From: Callorhinchus milii
Lineage: Eukaryota
Direction: 5' to 3'
Length of the DNA: 64,000 nt
NCBI RefSeq assembly: GCF_018977255.1
Contig: NW_024704742.1
Coordinates: 61,568,001 to 61,632,000, forward strand
Part shown: positions 37,571-51,045 of the stretch, piece after piece
Position numbering within the stretch: the stretch's first letter is position 1
Layout of the letters: each line of letters starts with the position of its first letter
Notes under the pieces: model-generated
Databases searched by the model: none
What the model was told of the DNA's origin: nothing
Seen by the model: only the letters and a program-made list of their open reading frames with translations
Made by a program: the position numbers and the translations under genes

Positions 37571-38085
37571 GAATGAAAGTTCTAGCAACAATCTCACTAC
37601 CACTTGCATGATGAATGTGGGCTCCATCAGTCACTGGGGGCACAGCGTCATCCCACGCAGCTCCTGTTAACCCTGCAAGCCAAAGCCCTAATGGGCTTGG
37701 GTGGTCCTACCTGGACAAGCAGTGGGAAAGCTTGCCAGACAGTGATATCAATGGTAAGCTGTATGGTTTTAGCTGGTTAAACTCCAACAATACCCAAACA
37801 CACACTCTGGGGTCCCCAAGTCTTGGAACTTGCCAACCTGTGCCTAATACTTTCTGGGATTAGGTAAGCAGGAAGTGTCCCTCCGAGGAGAGAGTGCACA
37901 TTCCATTCCAACAGTCAGTCTCTGTGATTTTCATGTGTTGGTGGGATGAATGGAATTCTCAGCTTGGTTTGGTTATTCCTGAGCTTGTGATGGGTTTCCA
38001 TATGTGTCAGCCACCCACGATGGTGGAGCCCACGATTACCATACAAGTGGTAGTAAGAATGTTGCTGGAATTTTTATTCTCTGCA
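37571..38085 (+). mobile_element. Unclassified repeat, copy 2, with ~55-bp inverted termini
   Basis: 37571-37625 is the degenerate reverse complement of 38025-38079. The interior is homologous to copies 1 and 3. Confidence 0.72.
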
Positions 38086-39389
38086 TATTGTTCAAACTCA
38101 AAGTCACTTACCTTCTAATTGTGACTTCAAGTTTCTGACTAAAATTTCAGGATTTGCAAAAGGAATTCACAGAAACATCATCAGAAACAACCCCAAACAT
38201 CCCAAAGATTATTTTACAGCCAACATTTTGCACTCTGACCTTTTGCAGACCTTTTCTGCCTTTCCTTGGCTGGGAAGACAGTTGGAAGCAAAAGGCCAGA
38301 CACAAGCAAAAAGCGGAAATCATGATCGCACTGTCGGCATTTTGATTTCGGGCTGATACTCAGCTGAAGAAAGGTTCAAAATATCTCGAGCAAATATCGA
38401 ATTGTCAAATCCTGGCCACAAAACTGCTTTAAAGGATTGTGAATTTTTGGTCAACTTGTTGATGGATTGGGCAATTTCAATTGCAACCTGGAAACCACAA
38501 TTAGAACACTGACCTTTGGTTTACAAATGACATGTTAGACCCTATTACAGGCATCACAGAAACATGGCCAGAGCGGAAGACGGTCATGAGATCAGCCAAA
38601 GAGGGAAAGAGTGTAAAATGACAAGATCAACAACAAAACTGCAATTGGATACTGATACCATACACCAAATTGATCTGAGTATGTACTTAAGAGTGGAGAA
38701 TGCACTGTTTTATAACAAATGGATGTGATTGCACTTCATCTGTGAAGAAACAACAGAATTTCAGTCAATATTTGTCATCCAGTTTAGGTCTGAGCATAAA
38801 TATATGTGTGATGTGCTTGCAGTGCTGGCCAACACCAGGACTGTCACAGTACAATGAATTCAGTAGAATCTGAGCTTGTCAGTTTGCTCTTCCAATACTG
38901 TTCAGCAATAGGAACTATCAGAACTGCCAGCCAGCAGCCCTGCAGAGAATGAATGAAACTCATCACTTGTGACTGAAGTATTTATGATGTCGGTCATCCT
39001 TGGGATTCAAATCCATGATCGCAAGCAGAAGCTTGAAGGAAAGCTAGATTTTCTGCATCCACAACAACCAACAATCTCCTTGATGGTTTAGAACTCGATT
39101 ACTAACCCCCAAATTGGGTTCAGCATTCAATTTTTTTCCCCCCAATGTATTTCAACTATTCTGCAACTGGGAAAATCAATATTTCTTTCATTTGCACATG
39201 ACTTTACAACATCAATCGTGCAACAAGAATTAATTTTTCAATATATTGCAGAGCAAGGACAGCAAAATCAATGTAACGGTGATTTGTATACACAAGTATG
39301 TTTGGGAAATATCGATCGCGGACTGAGAAATGAAAAAGTTCTTTAAAAATATAGAAATGTAGGATCACGTAAGCCATTCATCCCATTGA

Positions 39390-39770
39390 ATAATAATAAT
39401 AATCCTTGCATTTGATATAGCGCCTTATCATGTCTTTGAGATGTCTCAAAGCTCTTCCAAAATATACTGTAAAGTGAATTGAATGTATATTTTGTGGGCC
39501 AAATGAGGCAGCTAATTGCACACAGCAGTGTCCCATAAACAGTGGTGGATTGAGTAATCAAATTATTATTTAAAAAAAAGAAAAATGTGAAGGGATTATT
39601 ATCCCCAGAAAAGAAAACCACCAATCGACTAACAACTGGTTCCTGCTTACTGGTAGGTAAACAGAGGGTGTGGAATAAGAAAATTTGCCTAATGCTTTGC
39701 CTGCCCAGGATCAAACCCAGATCCTCTAGATTGCGAGGCGAGTGCTCTATTCAATACACTACAGGACTCC
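39390..39770 (-). mobile_element. SINE family B, full length
   Basis: Head ctacaggactcc at the right, (aat)n ccttgcatttgatatagcg tail at the left. Confidence 0.82.
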
Positions 39771-40916
39771 TGTTCTGCCACTTATGAGATCATAGAAGAT
39801 CTTTAAATCCCATTCCCCACATTTTCTCTATATCCATTAACACCCTTACAGCTGAAGTACCTACCCACCCATCAATCCACCTACTTACCTATTCACCCAC
39901 CCAGAGTGCACAATTTGACATATTTTCAAATACAGCCTTAATTTTAAAAATGTGTCTGCAAATTTCTTTAACGAACTGAAATAAACAGCCTCAGATTTAA
40001 GACTGCATTCAAGAATTCGCCAAATTATGGATGCTTTTAGATGTCGTTGATAGAATAAATCTATACTTTGGAGGAATCATACACCATATGCTTACTGTAT
40101 AATCGTTCTTCATTTTTTTGGTCTTTTCACCTTCAAAACAAGGTCCCATTCTCAAATGTTTTGCTTTATGTCGCCACACTAAACATCCTCCAATCCCATC
40201 AGTTAATATTACATTTCTATTCCTGGAGATGAGAAAGACGAAAGGAGGTCCATCTTTCAATCTAATATCCTTTAAGTGACTTGAACCTGTCTCCTTGGTT
40301 CATTTCATTGATTCATCTCTCGTTTTGGTTCTGCTTCCGTTCTGCTTGATTTTCCAGATGAGAATTATTCAGTCTTTCACAATCTTCTCTTCCAGTCCTA
40401 AAATGTGTCCTTGAAACCCTGGTGCTTTTAACATTACAATGCCCATCCATGTAAAGGCAAATAATTCAGTGTGGATTTATGAACCACTAGGCACGCAGTG
40501 CAGGCAAATGATACAAAACTGTTAACTCTACCCAGGAAGTTACAGCATTTTCGGGTTTGTATAAATTTTCTCCTTGTGCAATTGTATTTGTCTTATTGAC
40601 ACAGTTTCCAAACTGTGTTTTATCAAGAGATTCCAGACATCTTGTCAAGAAAACAAGATAATAACATTAAATGGTAAAGCTTATGTTTTATTTTCTCTTA
40701 CTGAGAAAATAAATTTCACACCACAAAGATTTTCATATGAGTTGATGCGAATTTAATGTTGTTAAATTTTCAAAGCCTACAGTGTATTCCAATAACCCAT
40801 CATGTATAGCACGATTATGGAGTATGCAATGGAAAAGCAAGACTCGAACGCAATGAACCAAAAGAAGACCAGCTATTGGGGTGTATTTGTACTTATCTCT
40901 TGTGTTTATTTTACAG

Positions 40917-41044
40917 CTTGGTGACACCTAAAGAAACAGAAGGCTCCCAGTCTCATTCACAATCAATGTCACCATCAGATTTTCTGGACAAACTGATGGG
41001 AAGAACATCAGGATATGATGCAAGAATTAGACCAAACTTTAAAG
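40917..41044 (+). CDS. GLRA3: GlyR alpha coding exon 2
   Basis: Acceptor tgtttattttacag|C. Encodes (S)[42 protein letters not shown](G). Donor AAAG|GTAATT. 128 nt. Confidence 0.97.
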
Positions 41045-41114
41045 GTAATTCTGCACACAGTTCTGTGTTCCCAATTGCACACACTGAAGAAATTGTTTGT
41101 AAATCATTGAAGGA

Positions 41115-41781
41115 TAATGGACAAGCAGCCATACTCTTTGGCTCTCGTCAACCTCTAAAATCACACGGTTCTTACTTTCCTCACCTACCCGACCTCCTCC
41201 TAAAACTCTCAGAACCCGTTCGCTACCTAGGCGTCAGGTTCGACCCCCAATTATCCTCCCTCCCCCACATCCGGTCCCTCACCAGCACCGGTTTCTGCCA
41301 CCTCCGACGCATCACCCATCTCCACCAACACCTCACTCCAAAAGCAGCTGAAACCCTGGTCCACGCCTTTGTCACCTCTCGGCTGGACTACTCAAATGCC
41401 CTCCTTGCCGGTCTCCTCTCCACTACCATTCATAAAATTCAGGTCATCCAAAACTCTGCCACCCGCATTCTTACCCGCACCCCTCCGCTCCCCGATTATA
41501 CCCCAGTCCCCAGACTGCATTGGCTGCCTGTGCCAGAGAGGATCAACTTCAAGATCCTCACCCTTTTCTTCAAATCCCTCCACTCCTCTGCACCCCCCTA
41601 CCTCTCTGACCTCCTCTCTCCTCAAAACATGACCCGTTGCCTTCGTTCCACCAGCACTGGCCGCCTCCTTGTCCCCCGAGTCCTCCGCTTCGCCATCAGC
41701 GGGATGGGATCCGTTACTGTGAAGCACTCTGAGACGCCATTCGGCGTGGAGGGCGCAATATAAATCCAAGTTGTTGTTGTT
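41115..41781 (+). mobile_element. L2 LINE 3' fragment, open and in frame with exon 2
   Basis: [59 protein letters not shown]; (gtt)n tail at 41770-41781. Confidence 0.92.
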
Positions 41782-43139
41782 AACCCTCCGAGTACCTTTG
41801 CATCACAATGTGAAATGCAGATAAGATAAAAAATAAATAAAAAAAAGGTCACTCAATCCACGACTATTTGTGGGACACTGCTGAGGCAGTGAAACCAACT
41901 ATTGCAGCCTTATTATAGCACAGGTTACAATTTTATGGATTAATCTATGGTCAGTTTCTTTATTGTTCATAGAGCAGAAGTTTAAGAACAGATAACGGTA
42001 TGTTTCAAAGATGCAGCAATAAGATAGAAGAGTGAAGCATGGAATGAACCGAATGTCACTTGAACCCAAGGCTACAACACATAAATTCCTTGACTTCAAA
42101 TATCATTTTATGTAATATATGGTGGGGTAAAATCTATAGTACTTCAAAATGCTTCATAACTATCACAAGGAACGTATTTGGAAATTCCTCCAACTTTCTC
42201 CCAATCACCTGGCCAACAATCCCCCCACATAAAATTGGTCATTCATGCTATGGCTGTTCGTGGGACATTGCTATGTATAAATTGGCTGCTGTGTTCACCC
42301 ACAAAAGTATACAGTCACTCCATTTTACAGTATATCCTGTGAAGCGCTTTGGGGCATCCTCCTGACGTGAAAGGTGCTGTACCAAATATAAGGATTCTTA
42401 TTATTATTATAACTTCTTCCTATTTGATAGTTATGAGTAGTGCACATTCATCTGTCATGGATTTTATACTGCTACTTTATATCGGGTACAGTTTTTTTAA
42501 CGGGATACAAATAAATGATTCTGCCACGTTATATTCCTACATTGCTCTGCAGCGATGTACAATTAAATATTATATTGAAAGAGTTTATTTATAACCTGGT
42601 GAGAAGGTACTTAGTCACCTTGCTGTCTGCAAGCTGTGCTCATTGGACGTTCCCTGTATGGCCAGCCACATATAAGTTTCTCTTTTGGGTTGGAGACTGT
42701 GTTGTGCGCGGTGTGAATCTGGAGAGTTTTTGGCCTTCAGAACAGCCAACATCTTATATTATATTGACCCATGCTCCACCATGTCAGAGATAGGGAATTG
42801 ATGGTGGGTGGTGAGAGGTAAACAAGAAGTTCCCCATTGGATTGCTGGTGATAGGAAGACTTTGTAGGATGATGGGCTCAAATTCTGCTGGTCCGTAATG
42901 TTCCTAGTCTTAGCTGTGTGCACTTAGAAAGATTTTCCTGTGATAACTACACATCACCAATGCCAATATCCTTATCAACTTGCAGAATTTCACCTCTTGG
43001 TGAAGTAAATGCATTATTCATTCAGTGTGCTAATTCTGGCAGAGAGAAGCACATTCTGTCACATTAAGGGGATGGATCTTTATGCAACCAGTGAGAATAG
43101 CATTTCTGTCACACACATCTAGTTAGGTGATCCTATTGG

Positions 43140-44095
43140 CAACACCAGGCTCCTCTTCTCCATCACCAACCAGCTCCTCCGCCCACTCTCTCACTCCTCG
43201 CTTATACTCTCCTCCAACTCCAACTGCGAGGAGACGCTGTACTTCCTCAAAACCAAAGTTGAGGGGATCCGCTCAGCTGCCACTGCCCTTCCGAACACTA
43301 ACCCCTTCCCATCGCCCCATCACACCCCGGCCCCTACCCATCCCTTTCTCCACACCGTCAAACCTCTCTCCTCCTCCTTTCTCATCACCACCATAACCCA
43401 CGTGAAATTGACCACCTGCACCCTCGACCCCATCCTTACCCCTCTCCTTACTCCCAACTCCATCTCCTTGCCCCTCTACTCACTGAGATCATAAACCACT
43501 CCCCGTCCACTGGCACCATTCCCACCTCTCTAAAAATGCCAACATCTCCACAAACAACTTCCCCTCTAGTCCCCGCACCATCTTGTAGGTAGTTCCTCAG
43601 GGCTCGGTCATTCTCGTCATTATCTATATGTTCCCTCTTAGTGACATCATCCACAGACAAGGGGTCAACTTCTACATGTATGCACATGACACCCAACTCT
43701 ACCTCTCTGCTTCCACCCTTGACCCCAGAGTGTCAGGGCACCAGCTAACTTTCTACAGTTGAATGTCAACAAGACTGAGGCCCTCCTGATTGGCTCCCGT
43801 CAGCGCCTCCACACCTTAAGCACTGACAGCAACAACTATTCTTTCTACCCCACATCCATGCCATGTCCCGCTCTGCCTTTCCCCACCTCCGCAACATTGC
43901 CCAACTCCGCCACTGGTTCACACAGTAGGCCGTGGAGACCCTGATATACGCATTCATAACATCCAGGCTCAACTACGCAAACTCTCTGCTTGTCGGCCTC
44001 CCCAACTCCTCCCTCCATAGGCTGCAGATCATCTAGAACTCTGCAGCCCTTGGTTTTCTGCCGCACCATGCTCCATGATCCTATCATTCCCATCC
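43140..44095 (+). mobile_element. Degenerate, internally deleted L2 LINE
   Basis: ctcgaccccatcc (LDPIP), catgtatgcacatgacacccaactctac (YAxDTQLY), cagttgaatgtcaacaagactgag (QLNVNKTE). Confidence 0.85.
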
Positions 44096-45684
44096 CCTCT
44101 GAGGCTGGCTGTGCTATCTTCAACACCCACAGTGCATCTTGTTCAGCCTTGTATAGATACGTCACTGGCTGCACCTTTTTCAGTAACCCTCCCCGATCCA
44201 GAACCATCCCATCAACCCACCACCCCCCACCAAAAAAAAGAAAATGAAATACTGAAAATCCTGATGTGCCTAATTCAGAATGCGTCAGAATTTCGATTCC
44301 ATTTGGCACTGATCCAGGTGCGCAGTCTACAATAATGCGATGGATTTGCTTATTTGCAAGCAGTAGCCATCTGTTCTTTCCCGATTATTTTCAGTTTGCT
44401 CTCTCTGTTTACTGAATTTCATAATATTTGCAGTTGTTTGCATTTGATCATTTATTTTTTCACAGTGCACGCAGCAATAGAATAACTATCTTGCCTGTCC
44501 CTGTTTAGCCTGAGGGTATCCCTTTCTAATGCTGTACCCATTATACACATCCATAGATTGCTTACAGTGTGGAATAATAATAATCCTTGCACTTGGTATA
44601 GCACCTTTCATGTCATGAGGATTTATCAGTTGAAGTAAGACATACCAGATTCCAACAGTGCTCTTGGCAAAACATTATTTATAACCTTTGCCATTTTTAT
44701 ATGGTGATAACCCTAAATTTATGATGACTTATAACTGACTCATTGATCAGTATAAAGAGTCGTTCATATTTATATTCATTTTTCTGGGTTTCCAAACCAA
44801 TTAATTAATTATAGTGGGCCCCAAATTAAAGCCATAGTTAATAATATATTTTTTTTACTAAAGGGTCATAATGAGAAATCCCATTATAAAGTCATGGGGA
44901 ATAGATGGTATTTTTAGTGATTACCGTAAATTTTAGTAATGGTCTGTAATTAAACTGAGCTCTTTTGCACATCACAGAGCTACAAGCACTTTTAATTAAT
45001 GATGTTTTATCCAACAAGGCTGGAAATTGTTAAGTAGCATTTGGACTATTTTAGTTTTGTTTCAGCTTCCAAAATGCTAGGTTATTCATGTAGTATTTAA
45101 CAGAAGCTAGATCGCGACACTCGCCAGGCTACCCTGGATCTGAGACATACTACTTCTACCCAGAATCAGGCAACTACCTGTTGAATTCTTCGCTGAAGTG
45201 AAGTTTCTTAAATTGGAATACAGTATGTTGGCTTTTTCCATAGAATTACAGCATGGAAACGGACCATTCACCAACTAGGCCATGCCAGTGTATACTCCAC
45301 ATGAGCCTCAACATTACTAATCCCGTCTCCCACACCCTTCATTTGTGGAACAAGTTTCCTCTTAAATACATTGGTGCTTTTTGCTTCAACCACAGCGTTA
45401 GCTCACAGTGGAGCAGGCTGGTGTCGGCCGAGCAAAGATCTATCTAAATGTCTACCTAGATCACAAAGCAGAAATTGACAACAGGATGATGATCTGGAAA
45501 TAAATTGATAATAACCTTGCATTTAACGTAGAATGTTGTTATGTGGACCAACAAGGCAAATAATCTACACCAGCAACATCCACAAACAAAAGTGAGATGA
45601 GCAATCTAACTCAATTGAATTTGTTTGCATTGAATTTAGATCAGAGAGTAACAATTTTTATTATGGTATCAATAATGAGAATGT

Positions 45685-46050
45685 AATAATAATAATCCTT
45701 GCATTTCATATAGCAATATATCATGTCTTTGAGATGTCTCCTAGCACTTCGCATAATACACTGTAAAGTTAATTGTATTTTCTAGGAGAAACACGGCAGC
45801 CAATTGCGGCAGCCACAAACAGTCGGGGATTAAGTGACCAAATTATTATTAGTAGTATTTTTGAAGAAATTATTATCCCCAGAAAAGCGATCCTCCAATC
45901 GACTAACAAGCGGGTTCCTACTTACTGCTCAGTAAACAGAGGCGTGTGGAGTAAGGAAACCTGCCCAACATTTTGCCCTGCCGGGAATCAAACCCAGGTC
46001 GTCTCACTTGTGAAGCAAGTGTTCTAATCACTGAGCTACAGGATGCCACA
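45685..46050 (-). mobile_element. SINE family B, full length
   Basis: Head ctgagctacaggatgccac, core, and tail in reverse orientation. Confidence 0.8.
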
Positions 46051-46074
46051 CGAACCACAAAAGAAAAATACTAA

Positions 46075-46492
46075 TAACCTTTGCATTCAATATAAAGCCT
46101 CTAAGATTCCAACATCTCAATGTGCTCTACAGTAATTATTGTTAGTGGCTGTGTATTTGCAGGCAAACATGGCAGCCAATTTGCACAGGGCAATTATCCT
46201 ACAAACAACTATAAAGTTGTTTTTTATCAGGGGATTGTTAGCCAGGACAACTGGAGAAACTCCTTTCTCTTTTCAAATTGTGTCAAGGAATCCTAAATGT
46301 TTGCTTGAATAAACCAAATCTGAGTTTAATGTCTCACTTGAAGGACGGTTTCTCTAAAAATGTTGCGCTCGCCCAGTACTGTGATGGAATATCAGCCTTG
46401 CATATGTGAGCACACAGTCCCCAATTTGGGGCTTAACCCCATAACTTTCTGACTCAGAGGCAAGAGGGTGCTACCAACAGAGCCAGACCAAG
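46075..46492 (-). mobile_element. SINE family A (Deu-like)
   Basis: ttctgactcagaggcaagagggtgctaccaac head at the right; gtttaatgtctca...aaggacgg core. Confidence 0.72.
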
Positions 46493-47769
46493 GCATTGCC
46501 CTGGACATGTTATATTTAAATTTACGAAAACACTAAAGAAAATTTTGAAATTGTAAAAGGGGGAAAAAGAAAACAAAATGAACAAACAGTAAAAAAAAGT
46601 AAAAGAAGAGGTGGGATTGGGGGGGTGGGGATCTTAAATCAGGACTTTGAATAATATCTGCAAATGGAGAGGGATTACTCTGTATGCATTTGATGACCAT
46701 CAATATGCAGATGATACACTGCAGCAGTATGTTTAAAGGATTACATTTATGGTTCAGTTTCACTGTGATTCTATATTGTAATCTGAGCTCAGTATATGGA
46801 ATTGCTGAGGATGGATTAGTGGAGCTGTCCCACTTATACTGGGAGCTATCAATCATACAGCTTCAGTTTGAATTATTCCTGTTTTTTGCGTACATTCGCA
46901 GGGGAGCAAAAGATTAATTTATTTCAGACTTGAAAATACAGAAGAAAGGTCAGCTGGGAATTATTAGGCTGCTTTCCTTACACAGGTTCACAAGAGAGGT
47001 TTGGATCAAGAGATCCCTTAGCCCATTTAATCTTAGCCTTCCAGAATACTCACCCTCCCATCACAGAATCAAGCTGTGTCTTGGCCTCAACCACCCTTCC
47101 TGGTAATTTGTTCCAGTTGTTAATTACTCATTGGGTAAAGAAATACTGTCCGTCCTGAAATTACGCTTTGCAATTATTGCTATACAAATGTAATTTTGTT
47201 GTTGTATTTTGTGTGAATGGAGCTTCATACATTTAAGTAGGTGTTATTGGCATATCTCTGACTGTAAAAGTTCGAAGTGAAATATTCACCGAAGGCCAAT
47301 TCACAATGAGTCTGTGATCCCAAACCACTCATCATTTGGCACTAGACTAATGCTTGGAAGAGCCAAAATGATCCTTGTTGTGGAAATGGAAAAATTCGAA
47401 CTGATGCAGCAAGAAATGCTCTGTGATGCTGGAGCTAAGATAGTTTACGGTAAAAAATGTGATGTTTCTTACCACATTCAAACCATTAAAAAAATTGCAT
47501 TATTCCATCTATGTCTTGTTGACATGATAAGGCGCTGTAGCAAATGCAAGGATTATTATTATCTATTATTATCATTATTATCTATTGCAGGGTTATATAA
47601 TAATAATCCTTGCATTTGATATAGCACCTTATCACATCTTCGAGACGAATCAAAGCGCTTCACAGAATATATAAAGTGAATTATGGGAGAAAGTAACAGG
47701 CAATTGCATACAGCAGTGTCCCACGAACAATTGTGGATTGAGCGACCAAATTATTATCTTTTTTTTATT

Positions 47770-48750
47770 GCAGGGCTATGGAGTAAGAGCAGGGGAGTAG
47801 GGAAAATTGGATAATGCTTTTAAAGAGCTGGCACCGGCAAGATGGGCTGAATGGCCTCCTTCTATGAAGATTCTATGCAATACTGGACTTCCTCCTGCCC
47901 CTAATGTCAGCACAATAGTTGGGCCTAAAATCAGTTGCAAGAGGGCATCAATTTAAAATAATGAACAAGAGATGAAAGAGGGAAGTTAGGAGGATTTTCT
48001 TTTACACAGAGAGGTGCTGGAATGTGGAATCCCCTGCTCCATGCATTATTTGAGGTAGAACATTCGCTTTCAAGAGGGAACAAGATAGGTTTGCAAAAAG
48101 GAGTAATTTACAGGATCATGGGAGGAAAGGCTGAATGCATTGTTATTTTACAGCCAGCACAGACACAATGGAGCTAGTCCATGAGGAATTCCTATCCTCC
48201 AGAACTAGAGAACTATCCCACGCTATTCTCATGCACTCACAGTCGCCTGTTTAAGAGAGAAAATGGTTGTGGTCCAGGGAGCAGATTACCTGACTCCTCT
48301 TTGAGTCTGAGGTGATCTGGGGGCTTCCCAGGTCATAAAGGTGATGCATAGGAGTGTAACAAGGATTATCCTCAGTGGTAGAGGAATGAACTATGAGCAA
48401 ACGGTTAAACAAGCTAGGGGTCTTCAGTCTTGAAAGGAGGCATCTCAGAGAAGAGCCTGATAGAAGTAGGCAAGATTTTAATTGGAATTAAAAAAGTAAA
48501 TCAAGAACAACATTTTTGGATGAACCAATATCGCAGAACAACAGGTTTAGAGTTACAGTGACCAATTTCAGTTTAGACAGCAGGTATTCATTTACCCTTA
48601 AGATAATTAAAAAGTGGAACAGGAAGGGTGCTTGAAGCCTCGACTCATTTTAAAAAAACAGGTTGATATTGTAATGGGAAGATGGTAGGGTGTGTAGTTT
48701 GGAAGAATGAGATCAGATGGGCCAAAAAGCCTTCTTCATCCAAACTGTTG
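47770..48750 (+). mobile_element. Cluster of old CR1 3' fragments
   Basis: gatgggctgaatggcctccttct 3' end; ttcagtcttgaaaggaggcatctcagagaagagcctgatagaagt (FSLERRxLRxxLIEV-like). Confidence 0.65.
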
Positions 48751-49704
48751 GATACTTCTTTAAGACTAAATTAACAATTAACAAAAGCGCCAATAAGAAT
48801 AAGAGCGGAAGTACAAAAAGACACTGTCAGTGGGACAAAGTGTGTGGTTTTGGGTGGTAGATTTAGGAATGTTTGGATTGACAAATAAAGAAGGTACTAA
48901 CACACCCTTGATTTGGATCGAGTTATATTTCACAAATCAATCTTGTGATGTTGTCACCTGACTGTTCTCTGAGTCTGGGGAAATCTAAGGAGAGATTTTT
49001 TTTACCTGAATCTAGGTTCACTCTATTTATGTAGTATTTCTGGAATTCAATCTCAACTTTGATGACAGTTTTCTATAGTTCTTAATGATCTTATAAAAAA
49101 TAGATTTCAAAATTAAAACAATATTTAAAAGTTTTCCAAATTCTGGATGCTCAAAAATGAAATATGTCTCTCACTCCACTCAGCCCACCCACCCACACCT
49201 AAAGCTGAGGGAACAGAATGCAATGAAATGTAAAGCAATATTAATAGAAATCCTTGCATTTCATATAGCGTCTTATCACGTTTTTGTGACATTTCAAAGT
49301 GCTTCACAATATACTGTAAAGTGTATATTTTATGGGCGACAAACAAGAAAAAGTTGTGTCCTTCACTGCCCCTCGCCACAAAATCCAAGAGTTTTACAAC
49401 TCGTATCCTCCCGCAGGCTTTACATTAAAGTCACAATCAATGAGATTTGTGGGTTAATGGCACTTACTGAGAACAAACTACATTCCACACATTACAACAG
49501 CACTTTGAATGAATTAAACATAAATCAATAAAGTGGTAGACCGTGAATATATATGAAATCATTAATTTTAGCCAGGGCTTCCCTATTACATTGAGAACAA
49601 AGCCCATTTGGGAACAATTATTTTCAGAACAGTTTCCAGGCTGGAGGAAGAGTGGCAATTTCTGGTTCCAAGTGAGACGTTAGTAAATGGGAATCTTATC
49701 AGAT

Positions 49705-50128
49705 ATCAGCCTAGCACAGTTGGTGGCACTTTTGCCTCTGAGTCAGAACTTTGCAGGTTCAAGCCCAACATTGGGATTTTGAACTCAAAATTTAGGCTTG
49801 CACTCTCTGCAGTGCCGAGAGTGTGTTGTATTGATGGAGGTGCCATCCTTCGGATGAGACATTAAACCGAAGCCCTGTCTGCCTTTTCAGGTAGACTTTA
49901 AAGATAGCATGGAATTGTTTGACAAGAGAGTTTCTCCTGATGTCTAGGCCAACAATCCCTCAGATAAAATTAATCATTCACTTCATGGCTACTTGTGGAA
50001 CACTGCTTTGTGCAAATTGGTCGCTATAAAATACCTATACATTATAGGTCAGTCAGTGCACTTTACAGTTTATCCTGTGAACTGCTTTGAGACATCTTCC
50101 CTATGGGAAGGGTGCAAGGATTATTTAT
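49705..50128 (+). mobile_element. SINE family A (Deu-like), near full length
   Basis: gcctctgagtcagaa...ggttcaagccc; ggaggtgccatccttcggatgagacattaaaccga; tail gcaaggattatt. Confidence 0.8.
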
Positions 50129-50789
50129 TACAACATTTTTTAGAACCTGATGAGAACAAGAGGCCATATCATGCCTTGGCATAGAAAGCTGGATGGTATG
50201 AGCGAAACAGTAATTCTCCATTCTTATATTTTACCTTCCTCATGTACTCCTTGTGAATATTCATCGAAAGAAAGCGGTGCTTAGTGTTACTTATCCAAAC
50301 TAATAACTTCCGACACAAATGCCTCGTGCCAGATGGCGAGTGCACAAGTGAGAAGATTGGAGCTGATCACAGTTGTCTGTAATCATTTTGTGCTTGTGTT
50401 GAGAAATGATTTCAGAAAAGAATGCAAGGACAGACCCTAGAAATAGAAAGTAATGCTAGCACAATATTAGAGCAATAAAAAACAGCCCGTGGAAGATGAA
50501 AGTGGCTTTCCTGTTTTCCCTTTTTATCATGCTGTGGGTTCAGGTGGATGTTAAAGATCCCATAGCACTATTCAAAAAGAATTGGTGTCCTGGTCAACAA
50601 ATAAAAAAATTGGTCATTGATTTCATGGGACATTGTTGTGTGCAAATAGTCTGCTGCATTTGCCTACAAACACAGTTACTGCACTTCATAGAAAATTCTG
50701 TGAAGTGCTTTCAGTTGTGCTTCCATTATGAAAGGTGCTATGCCAAATGCAACGATTGTTATGTTTTGTCTCTACACTATTAAATAATA

Positions 50790-51045
50790 ACCAATAATAA
50801 TAATCCTTGCAATTGATATAGTGTCTCATTACATCTTCGAGACATCTCAAAGCGCTTCACAGAATATACTGTAAAGTGAATTGACTGTATATTTTGTGGG
50901 CAAAACACGGCAGCCAATCGCGCACAGCAGTGTCCCACAAACAGTTGTGGATGGAAGTGACCAATTTTTTGTAGGAGTTATTACCGCCGGAAAACCCATC
51001 TGCCAATCAACTAACAACCACATTCCTACTTACTGCTAGGTAAAC
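50790..51045 (-). mobile_element. SINE family B (3' part)
   Basis: cctacttactgctaggtaaac core and tail. Confidence 0.78.

Noticed and set aside
38340..38420. Hammerhead-like CTGAAGA...GAAA
   Set aside because: The required flanking stems could not be formed convincingly.
40876..40916. ORF-track N-terminus [13 protein letters not shown] as the receptor start
   Set aside because: It has a TTG start and is the polypyrimidine tract of intron 1; the real leader is at 8014-8084.
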